Made by a program: the position numbers and the translations under genes
Notes under the pieces: generated by a model
Told to the model about the DNA's origin: nothing
Database searches by the model: none
What the model saw: only the letters and a program-made list of their open reading frames with translations
In this document: one piece after another, positions 56,807-64,000 of the stretch
How positions within the stretch are numbered: position 1 is the first letter of the stretch
Layout: each line of letters starts with the position of its first letter
Assembly (NCBI RefSeq): GCF_004353825.1
Contig: NZ_SMNA01000004.1
Location: 1-64,000, forward strand
Direction: 5' to 3'
Origin: Occultella glacieicola
GTDB taxonomy: Bacteria; Actinomycetota; Actinomycetes; Actinomycetales; Beutenbergiaceae
DNA length: 64,000 bases

Positions 56807-57585
56807 ACCTCCCCCGCGGCCGCGGCCGGGGCCGGTGGGTTCAGCAGCCGACGCAGCACCAGCCGCTCACCGAGCGTCCAGGTCGTGGTGACCATCAGGT
56901 AGAGGGCGGCGGCGAGCGGCACGAACGTGGCGAACACTGCCGTCAGGAACGGCAGGAACCCGAGGGCCTTGGTCAGCCCGGACAGATCCGGCACCCCCGG
57001 CTGCCGCTCGGTCGCGGTCGGCATCGGCGACGGCATCAGCAGCTTGCGCGACGCCTGCGCGGCGGCGACGATCACCACGACGATCACGCCGTAGAGCACC
57101 CAGGTCAGCGCGGTGGTCGTGCCGGCGCCGACGGCCGTGATCAGGCTGGTGCCGAGCGGGTTGCCGAGCAGCTCGTTCTCGAGCAGGTGGTTCGCCTCGC
57201 CGCCGATCGTCGGGGTGATGAACAGCCCGTAAACCGCGAGCAGCACCGGCATCTGCAGCAGCACGGGTCCGAACCCGGCGAACGGGCTGGACTTCTCCTC
57301 GCGGTAGAGCTCCATCATCTTGCGCTGCAGGACCTCGGGCTGCTTCTTGTACCGCCTCTGCAGCTCGGCGAGCTTCGGCGCGATCCGGCGCCGGGTCCGC
57401 TCCGCGCGGGCCTGGGACACCCCGACGGGGATCAGGGCGGTGCGCACGAGGAGGGTGAAGACCACGATCGCCAGGGCTGCCGCGCTCCCGGCGGCGATCG
57501 GTTCGAGCAGGTCCGTCAGCGTGGTGACGACGGAGTTGGCAACGGAGATGAGCGCCCTGATCGGCGCGAATTCGTACAGGTTCAT
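56788..57585 (-). CDS. yidC: YidC/Oxa1 membrane protein insertase (paralog)
   Basis: FTLLVRTALIP, PKLAELQRRY, LLQMPV, LYLMVTTTW. Confidence 0.92.
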   Translation of the reverse strand: MNLYEFAPIRALISVANSVVTTLTDLLEPIAAGSAAALAIVVFTLLVRTALIPVGVSQARAERTRRRIAPKLAELQRRYKKQPEVLQRKMMELYREEKSSPFAGFGPVLLQMPVLLAVYGLFITPTIGGEANHLLENELLGNPLGTSLITAVGAGTTTALTWVLYGVIVVVIVAAAQASRKLLMPSPMPTATERQPGVPDLSGLTKALGFLPFLTAVFATFVPLAAALYLMVTTTWTLGERLVLRRLLNPPAPAAAAGEVQPNAG

Positions 57586-57693
57586 GGGTTGGTCCTTGCG
57601 TCATACGGGCGGGTGGGGGCCGTATGGTCGCGCGGGCATGACACCGCAACGGTGCCCGACGGCGGAGGTCGGGTCGGGTGGGTTGGCGGCGGG

Positions 57694-58002
57694 TCAGCGC
57701 GCGGCGACCGCGAGGACGCGGCCCGGCGCCCGGGGGCGCGGCTTGCCGGGGGTGTCCGGCGCGCTCTGCGGGCGAGGTTCGGGTGCGCGCGCGTGCTCCA
57801 GGCGCATCCGTGGCCCACGCAGCCCGCCGAAGGTGGCCGCCACCGCGACGTGGTCGAGCGTCGCGGCGAGCAGAGCCACCGCGGCCAGACCGACCGCGCC
57901 GGCGACGGCGAGGGTACCCAGACCCTGCGCGGACACGTCGAAGCCGAGCACCACGATCAGGAATCGGGCGAGGTGCTCGAGATGCTCGAAGATCTGCGGC
58001 AT
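57694..58002 (-). CDS. ApcA/DUF6412-like leader protein with RAPG arrest motif
   Basis: N-terminal TM segment(s) and C-terminal PDTPGKPRPRAPG, directly upstream of yidC. Confidence 0.8.
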   Translation of the reverse strand: MPQIFEHLEHLARFLIVVLGFDVSAQGLGTLAVAGAVGLAAVALLAATLDHVAVAATFGGLRGPRMRLEHARAPEPRPQSAPDTPGKPRPRAPGRVLAVAAR

Positions 58003-58098
58003 TGGGCTCTCGGTGGTCGGCGCTGTCTGGACGAGGCTACACCGGCGTCGGCCGGCCGATCGGGAAGCAGAGGTGTCCCAGGGCCTGAATCCCAATTC

Positions 58099-58295
58099 GT
58101 GATGCGCCCGGTACGCGTGGGGGATGACGGCTCAGATCACGGTCCGGCCGAGTGTGTGGTCCCGTTGGACCATGTGGTGACCATTCCCGTCGACCTGCTG
58201 GGGCGCACTCTCGGCTTCCTGAGCCAGGACCAGGAGCGGTTGCTGGCACGTCGGTCGTGCGCGCCCACGACCTGGACCTTCCGCTGCTCGGCTGA
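58099..58295 (+). pseudogene. MazF/PemK toxin C-terminal remnant with frameshift
   Basis: CVVPLDHVVTIPVDLLGRTLGFLSQDQERLLAR, then a 1-nt shift near 58252 to VVRAHDLDLPLLG*; N-terminal half absent. Confidence 0.65.
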
Positions 58296-58375
58296 CCTCC
58301 CCGTCCTCGCCGTGCCCACGGCTCGGGCGCGAAGAGTTCGTGGGAGTCCCGTCCATCGCAGAGCGTCGGGGTGGC

Positions 58376-59629
58376 TCAATTCGTTGAACATGACGATGGT
58401 TGGCGGAAGGGCAACTCGGTACTCGATGATCGGCCGCCGCTCATCCCTTCTGTGGTGGGTCGGGGCGTGGAGAGGGCGACCGTGCCAGCGGTGCCATCCA
58501 CGAGGACCAGGGCGCCGTCGGTGATCGTGGTGGTGACGTCCGGGATCCCCAGCACCGCGGGGATGCCCTGCTCGCGGGCGACGATCGCCGCGTGGGACAG
58601 GACGCCCCCGGTCTCGGTGACGACGCCGGCGGCCACGCGCAGCAGCGCCGTCCAGGCCGGGTCGGTGTAGGGGCAGATCACGATGTCCCCGGGCCGGACC
58701 CGCCCGAAGTCGGACGGTCCGTGCAGGACGCGGGCGAGCCCGGTCGCGGTGCCGTGGGAGCCGGGCGCGCCGAACAGTGTCGTGGTGCCGCCAGCGACGG
58801 GACCCGTCGGCAGCGCAGGAGCCTGCGCCGTGATCGGCCGGGCCTGCAGGATCCAGAGCCCACCGTCGACGAGGGCCCACTCGACGTCCTGGGGTCGGTC
58901 GAGCTCTGTGGCGATCCGGTGACCGAGAGCGGTGAGGGCGCGGGCGGTCGCGTCGTCGAGCGCCGGCCGGGTCCGCTGGGACTCCGGTACCTCGCTGGCC
59001 GTGGGACCGGTGCCATCGCGACCCCGATCCAGACGCGTGGCCTTGCGCCCGATGGTGCGCCGGATGCTTCCGTCCACGGCGATCTCGTAGGTGTCGGGGG
59101 TGACCGTGCCGCCGACCACGCTCGGACCGAGGCCCCAGGATGCCTCGACGCGGGTGCTCGCGCCGGGGTGGGCCGGCGTGAACATCACGCCCGAGGCGTC
59201 CGCATCGACCATGCGCTGGACGAGCACGGCCATCGGCTCACTTGCCGGCGACGCCGCGCGGCTGCTCCGGTACTCCAGGGCGCGGTCGGAGTGCAGCGAC
59301 GCCCAGCAGGTTCGCACGGCCGCCACCACCGCGGGCGTGCCCCGTGCGCCCAGCACGCTCTCGTACATGCCGGCCGCTGAGGCGTCCGGCCGGTCCTCGG
59401 CATCGGCCGAGGAGCGGACCGCCACCGCCGGGTCGCCGAGCCGTGCCAGGTGCCGGGCGACCGCGGCCCGGAGCGCGTCGGAGCCGGCCGACCCGGTCCC
59501 GGCGCAGTGCACGGCGAACGGCACGACGAAGCCGTCGGGCACCGGCAGCCCGGCCCTCAGCAACGTGCCCAGCGCCGCAGCCTTGCCACCACAGGCCGCT
59601 GCGGTCGCGTCCCAGAGATCCGTGAGCAT
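58376..59629 (-). CDS. Truncated PEP-synthase/PPDK-like protein (ATP-grasp plus phospho-His swivel domain only)
   Basis: GGKAAAL, AVRSSA, ASAAG, QDVEW, LQARPIT, GGVLSHAAIVARE. Confidence 0.88.
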   Translation of the reverse strand: MLTDLWDATAAACGGKAAALGTLLRAGLPVPDGFVVPFAVHCAGTGSAGSDALRAAVARHLARLGDPAVAVRSSADAEDRPDASAAGMYESVLGARGTPAVVAAVRTCWASLHSDRALEYRSSRAASPASEPMAVLVQRMVDADASGVMFTPAHPGASTRVEASWGLGPSVVGGTVTPDTYEIAVDGSIRRTIGRKATRLDRGRDGTGPTASEVPESQRTRPALDDATARALTALGHRIATELDRPQDVEWALVDGGLWILQARPITAQAPALPTGPVAGGTTTLFGAPGSHGTATGLARVLHGPSDFGRVRPGDIVICPYTDPAWTALLRVAAGVVTETGGVLSHAAIVAREQGIPAVLGIPDVTTTITDGALVLVDGTAGTVALSTPRPTTEGMSGGRSSSTELPFRQPSSCSTN

Positions 59630-59639
59630 CCGCTACCCA

Positions 59640-59682
59640 TCAATGAAAGGTTGACAACAGTTCGTTGACAACATTGTGTTGA
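59640..59682. promoter_or_regulatory. Three tandem palindromic operators (CAAY-N5-GTTGA, 14-bp period)
   Basis: TCAATGAAAGGTTGA / ACAACAGTTCGTTGA / ACAACATTGTGTTGA in a 70-bp AT-rich divergent intergenic region. Confidence 0.7.
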
Positions 59683-59699
59683 TTGTGCAGGATCGGAGG

Positions 59700-60098
59700 A
59701 TGGCACGCAAGCACGAGGTCCAAGCGCAGGGCAACGACCAGACCCGGGCACGACAAGAACGCGAGGCACAGGACCGGCTCTTGGCCCTCGGGGCCGACGC
59801 CCTGGATCCGCGGCCATGGCGACCGGCCCCGGTTCCGCCCACCGCCGTCGACCTCACGCAGTTCGCGCTCTGGCGTTCCGCTGACCTCGACCCGGCCGAC
59901 CTGCTGAGCGTGCTCACCCTGCTGCCCGCTGCGCGGGCGGAGGTCGACGGCGTTGAGTCCGGACTGCTTTTCACCGCCCGCGCCGCGGGGTTGACCTGGG
60001 CGCAGATCGCCGAGGCGATGGGCTTCCGGTCGCCGCAGGCCTGCCAACAGCACTTCGTGCGACTCGCCGACAGGCAGGCAGACCAGTCATGGGCATGA
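59700..60098 (+). CDS. Small HTH DNA-binding protein
   Basis: ARAAGLTWAQIAEAMGFRSPQACQQHF. Confidence 0.82.
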   Translation: MARKHEVQAQGNDQTRARQEREAQDRLLALGADALDPRPWRPAPVPPTAVDLTQFALWRSADLDPADLLSVLTLLPAARAEVDGVESGLLFTARAAGLTWAQIAEAMGFRSPQACQQHFVRLADRQADQSWA

Positions 60099-60724
60099 CC
60101 TCAGAACCGCGACTGCTCGTGCTGCACGCAGTGCGGCTCCTCGGCTTCGGTGACACCCCCGCCGTCGCCGACCGCGCCGGCACCGACCCGGCCGAGAGTG
60201 CGACGCTCCTGGAGGAGGCGGCCGGGCGCGGCTGGCTGCAACGCTCGTCGTTCGGCGATCTCGGCGGCTGGTGGCTGACCGACGAGGGCAGGCGCGAGAA
60301 CGAACGCGAACTCGCCCGGGAACGGGACTCGGTCGACCCAGGTGGCCTCATCGCGACCACCTACCGCGAATTCCTCCCGCTCAATGCCTCGCTCCAGCGC
60401 GCGTGCACCAACTGGCAATTGAAGCCGACAGCCGCCGGCCGGCTCGCCGCCAACGACCACACCGACCCCGACTGGGATGACCGGATCCTCGACGAGCTCA
60501 CCACCATCGGCGCCGCGCTGGCTCCGTTGGACGAGCGTCTGTCCCGCGTCCTGGTGCGGTTCGGCGGGTACCACGCACGCTTCGACGCGGCCCTTGACCG
60601 AGCCCGCGCCGGTCAGCGCGAGTGGGTCGACGGGACGGACGTCGACTCCTGCCATCGCGTGTGGTTCCAACTCCACGAGGACCTCATCGCGACCCTCGGT
60701 CTGGACCGCGGTGCCGAGGGCTGA
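60095..60724 (+). CDS. Winged-helix protein with C-terminal helical domain (Rv1126c-like)
   Basis: N-terminal wHTH ending WWLTDEGR; C-terminal CTNWQ...NDH...DSCHRVWFQLHEDLIATLG. Confidence 0.75.
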   Translation: MTSEPRLLVLHAVRLLGFGDTPAVADRAGTDPAESATLLEEAAGRGWLQRSSFGDLGGWWLTDEGRRENERELARERDSVDPGGLIATTYREFLPLNASLQRACTNWQLKPTAAGRLAANDHTDPDWDDRILDELTTIGAALAPLDERLSRVLVRFGGYHARFDAALDRARAGQREWVDGTDVDSCHRVWFQLHEDLIATLGLDRGAEG

Positions 60725-60812
60725 GGGGGTCTGGCAGCTCGCGAGCTGCGGGGTTGAGCGACACCCGGAGAACGCTACCCAGACCGGCCACCCGAGCCGG
60801 GGAGATCCGGTG

Positions 60813-61412
60813 TCAGACGTCGAACGGATGGGGAACGTCGACCAGTGCCGGTAGCGCGGCCTCCCCACACGCCGCCAACCGGAGGTCCCCACGGTCGTCG
60901 AACGGTGCGGTCCGCAACTTCATCCCGCGTTCGGTCGACGCGGCCGCTGCCAGTGCGAGTTCCGCCTGATCCCGACCCAGCAGGCCGTGCGCCCGGACGT
61001 CGGCGAAGTCGTCGAGATCCTCGACCGCGACGAGTCCGGACCGGAGCCGGAACGGGTCGAGCTCCCAATCCATGAAGACGATGACGTCCCGGTCACGGCG
61101 CACCCAGTCGCAGACCTCCACACTGACCTGCAGCGGTCGCTCCGGCACCCGCCAGGTGGCCAGCCACCTCTCCGACGGACCGGGCACGAGGGAGAGCGAG
61201 TCGAGTCCTGGGCCGGCTCCTCCCTCGACCTCGCAGGAGTCCTCGCTGGTTCCATCGCTCGACCTGTAGCGGGAGCCGGCCGGCGTGAACAGCCAGATGC
61301 CGTCGTGGTCGAGCTCGACCAGGTATGCCTGCCAACAGCCACGACCGCCACGCAACTTCTGCTTGCAGATGGTGACGACGGGTGGTCGGCCGGCGCTCCC
61401 CGGGGACATCAC
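60813..61412 (-). CDS. DUF402-like protein
   Basis: [19 protein letters not shown]...VEDLDDF. Confidence 0.6.
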   Translation of the reverse strand: MMSPGSAGRPPVVTICKQKLRGGRGCWQAYLVELDHDGIWLFTPAGSRYRSSDGTSEDSCEVEGGAGPGLDSLSLVPGPSERWLATWRVPERPLQVSVEVCDWVRRDRDVIVFMDWELDPFRLRSGLVAVEDLDDFADVRAHGLLGRDQAELALAAAASTERGMKLRTAPFDDRGDLRLAACGEAALPALVDVPHPFDV

Positions 61413-61538
61413 GCCAGTAGAGCACGTGGGCCGCTCCGACGGGGCGCCTGCCGCGTGCTCCGACGCGGTCGGATCGCCTGTACGTCGACGTCGGGATCCT
61501 TACGCTGGAGACCCACGACGTCGACCGACGGAGACCTC

Positions 61539-61982
61539 ATGCCCCGCCACATCGCACTGGTCGCCCACGACAACATGAAGGTCGAACTCCTGCGCTGGGC
61601 CGAGTTCAACAGGGACACCCTCGCCGAGCACGTCCTGTACGCGACCGGCACCACCGGCACCATGCTCGAGTTCGAGCTCGGGCTGCCCGTGCACCGGTTC
61701 CTCTCGGGCCCGGTCGGCGGCGACCAGCAGATCGGCGCCAAGATCGCCGAGGGCCAGATCACGATGCTGATCTTCTTCTGGGATCCGCTCGAGCCGCAGC
61801 CGCACGACCCGGACGTCAAGGCCCTGCTGCGGATCGGCACCGTGTGGAACGTGCCGATGGCGTGCAACGTGGCTTCGGCGGACCTGATGATCTCCTCCCC
61901 GCTGCTCGGTAGCGACTACGAGAACCGCCGCCCGGACCTCACCCCGCGTGCCTGGGAGGACGGCCGTCCCGCAGGCGGGTAG
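61539..61982 (+). CDS. mgsA: Methylglyoxal synthase
   Basis: [33 protein letters not shown]. Confidence 0.97.
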   Translation: MPRHIALVAHDNMKVELLRWAEFNRDTLAEHVLYATGTTGTMLEFELGLPVHRFLSGPVGGDQQIGAKIAEGQITMLIFFWDPLEPQPHDPDVKALLRIGTVWNVPMACNVASADLMISSPLLGSDYENRRPDLTPRAWEDGRPAGG

Positions 61983-62038
61983 TGCTCCCCATCGGCCGCC
62001 GACACTTCGGTCACCTGGACCGGCTAATCTCAAGCCTC

Positions 62039-62494
62039 ATGGTCATCTGGAGGGGATGGGGAATCCTCGCAATCCTGTTCATCCCGCTCGGCGCGATCGC
62101 GTTCGGCGGACTGTTCACGCTCATCCTCGGTGAGGAGAACTCCTCGCTCGCCGTCGGGATCGGCCTGATCCTCGGCGGCGTCGCGTGCTTCTTCGCCGGC
62201 CGCTGGTTCCAGGACTGGGACGCCGAGCGACGCACGAAGAACTACATGCTCGCCCGGCAGGCCGAGGTGGAGGCGACCGTCGCCTCGGGCCGGTTCCAGC
62301 CGGTGCCCGGCTATCAGCCGCGCGACCACGCCGAGGCCCAGCAGCTCGCCGGACAGATGCTCGAGAACGAGCGGGCGACCGCGAGGAAGCAACTGCGCAA
62401 CCGGCACACGATCTTCTTCATCCCGATGCAGTACTTCGGCATCGTGCTCGCTGCCGTCGGCCTGATCCCGATCTTCCTCAACTTCACCAGCTGA
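62039..62494 (+). CDS. Hypothetical membrane protein
   Basis: MVIWRGWG...HTIFFIPMQY; three TM segments. Confidence 0.78.
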   Translation: MVIWRGWGILAILFIPLGAIAFGGLFTLILGEENSSLAVGIGLILGGVACFFAGRWFQDWDAERRTKNYMLARQAEVEATVASGRFQPVPGYQPRDHAEAQQLAGQMLENERATARKQLRNRHTIFFIPMQYFGIVLAAVGLIPIFLNFTS

Positions 62495-62539
62495 CCGCTC
62501 CCCGGCGCGGTGTCTGGGGAGGCGATTAGGCTCGACGGC

Positions 62540-63331
62540 ATGACCGTCATCGGAGCCCACGTCGACCAGACCGATCCCATCGCCGAGGCCCGCGCCCGTG
62601 GCGCGGACGCGGTGCAGATCTTCCTCGGCGACCCGCAGGGGTGGAAGGGCCCGGAGGTCGCCTACGACGGCGGAGCATCGGCTCTCAAGGCGGCCGCCGC
62701 CGAGGCGGGGGTCACCCTGTACGTCCACTCGCCGTACGTCATCAATGTGGCGACCACGAACAACCGGATCCGGATCCCGAGCCGCAAACTGCTGCAGCAG
62801 CACGTGAACCTCGCGGCCGAGATCGGGGCCGCGGGCATCGTGGTGCACGGCGGGCAGGTGCTGGCCGCGGACGACCCGGCCAAGGGGTTCGACAACTGGC
62901 GCAAGTGCGTCGACGGTCTGGACATGCCGATCCCGGTGCTGATCGAGAACACGGCGGGCGGGACCAACTCGATGGCCCGCGGGGTCGAGAAGCTGGAGCG
63001 GCTGTGGGCCTCGGTGCTCGAGGCGGACGGTGGCGCCGACGTCGGCTTCTGTCTGGACACCTGCCACGCCTACGCCGGCGGCGAGGAACTGGCCGGCCTG
63101 GTCGAACGCGTCAAGGCCGTCACCGGCCGGGTCGACCTGGTGCACGCCAACGACTCGCGGGACGCCTTCGACTCCGGCGCCGACCGGCACGCCAACCTCG
63201 GCCAGGGCTCCCTGCCCGAGGCGGACCTGATCGACCTCATCCGCGAGGCCGGCACCCCGGTGATCGTGGAGACGCCGGGCGCGGCGCCCGAGCACGCCGC
63301 CGACATCGCCTGGCTGCGCGAGCGCCTCTGA
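62540..63331 (+). CDS. nfo: Endonuclease IV
   Basis: HSPYVIN, ENTAGG, CLDTCH, HANDS, DRHANL, ETP. Confidence 0.95.
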   Translation: MTVIGAHVDQTDPIAEARARGADAVQIFLGDPQGWKGPEVAYDGGASALKAAAAEAGVTLYVHSPYVINVATTNNRIRIPSRKLLQQHVNLAAEIGAAGIVVHGGQVLAADDPAKGFDNWRKCVDGLDMPIPVLIENTAGGTNSMARGVEKLERLWASVLEADGGADVGFCLDTCHAYAGGEELAGLVERVKAVTGRVDLVHANDSRDAFDSGADRHANLGQGSLPEADLIDLIREAGTPVIVETPGAAPEHAADIAWLRERL

Positions 63332-63343
63332 TCTGCCAGTGGA

Positions 63344-63763
63344 TCACCGGCCCGTCAGTTCCTTGAGCAGCATGAGCTCGGTGGCCTCCCCGGGGAGCAG
63401 GAGTGCCCCGAAGTCGCGGTACCCGAGATGTCGGTAGAAGTGCTGCGCTGACTCGTCCGACAACGTCGACGTCATGACCCTGGCGCGACCGGCGTGCCGC
63501 ATCCGGGCCCCCCAGTCGTCGACGAGGAGGCGCCCGAGGCCTCGCCCGCGCCCGGCCTCGACGACGAACAGCAGGTTCATGAACGGGACCTCGTCCCAGA
63601 ACAAGCCCCAGCGCAACCACCCGAGGTGTGTGCCGCCGTCGACGGCGACCAATACCCGGCCACGTGAGACGACGGCGTCCAGCTCGCCCCGGGCGATGTG
63701 CTGGTCGTGGGCGCCGAGGAAGGCCAGGTCGTGGTCCCCGGCCACACGGATGTCTGCGGTCAT
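63344..63763 (-). CDS. GNAT acetyltransferase
   Basis: RGRGLGR; AQHFYRHLGY. Confidence 0.9.
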   Translation of the reverse strand: MTADIRVAGDHDLAFLGAHDQHIARGELDAVVSRGRVLVAVDGGTHLGWLRWGLFWDEVPFMNLLFVVEAGRGRGLGRLLVDDWGARMRHAGRARVMTSTLSDESAQHFYRHLGYRDFGALLLPGEATELMLLKELTGR

Positions 63764-63932
63764 ATCCCGATCCTGCCGGACAGTGCCGGACGGGCCGGTC
63801 CGCACAGTCTGTGACCAGGCACACGTCGCTGATCAGACCGCGCGGGACGTAGGGCCCGGCTCATGCCGCTTCCCGTGGCGTTCCATTGAATCAGAACCGG
63901 ACGGCAGTGTCCGGACCGAGGAGATGACAGGA

Positions 63933-64000
63933 ATGCGTGCGATCCGCCGGGCCCGTGGAGTGGCCCTGGCAACATCAATGGTGCTTGCGCTCGGGGCGAG
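63933..64000 (+). CDS. Start of a probable secreted protein (truncated by the window edge)
   Basis: SD GAGGAG; MRAIRRARGVALATSMVLALGA looks like a signal peptide. Confidence 0.45.
   Translation, partial: MRAIRRARGVALATSMVLALGA

Noticed and set aside
58376..59629. Rifampin phosphotransferase (rph) resistance gene
   Set aside because: About half the expected length, lacks the rifampin-binding domain, and I recognised no rifamycin-associated element upstream.

Overview
High-GC actinobacterial chromosome segment; the gene set resembles Micrococcales. All assignments come from motif recognition and memory, with no database searches run. Bases 1-11.5 kb hold one end of a flagellar cluster (fliH partial, fliG/F/E, flgC/B, fliS/D/C, a FliA/WhiG-type sigma factor, then divergent flgN/K/L and fliW). 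Three promoters there share CTTAC-N15-GCCGAGAG and the flgB and fliC leaders carry CsrA-type GGA hairpins, but no csrA is present; an Xis/AlpA-like HTH gene follows fliW instead. At about 14.03-14.28 kb there is an unannotated stand-alone transcription unit: a sigA-like promoter, a strong SD, a 12-codon ORF and a highly structured 3' end. Bases 15-36.5 kb carry sugar-catabolic loci: a LacI regulon (nagB/nagA-like, Gfo/Idh/MocA, peptide-type ABC, esterase) and a ROK-regulated sugar ABC operon. These are followed by an EF-G paralog, Fpg/Nei, a glycosyltransferase/phosphotransferase/ABC/UDP-glucose dehydrogenase operon, a heterodimeric ABC transporter, a Tat-secreted protein, an ApcA-like RAPG arrest peptide upstream of a yidC paralog, a frameshifted MazF/PemK remnant, a truncated PEP-synthase/PPDK-like kinase divergent from two HTH genes, mgsA, nfo and a GNAT. 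No rRNA, tRNA, CRISPR array or transposase was seen.
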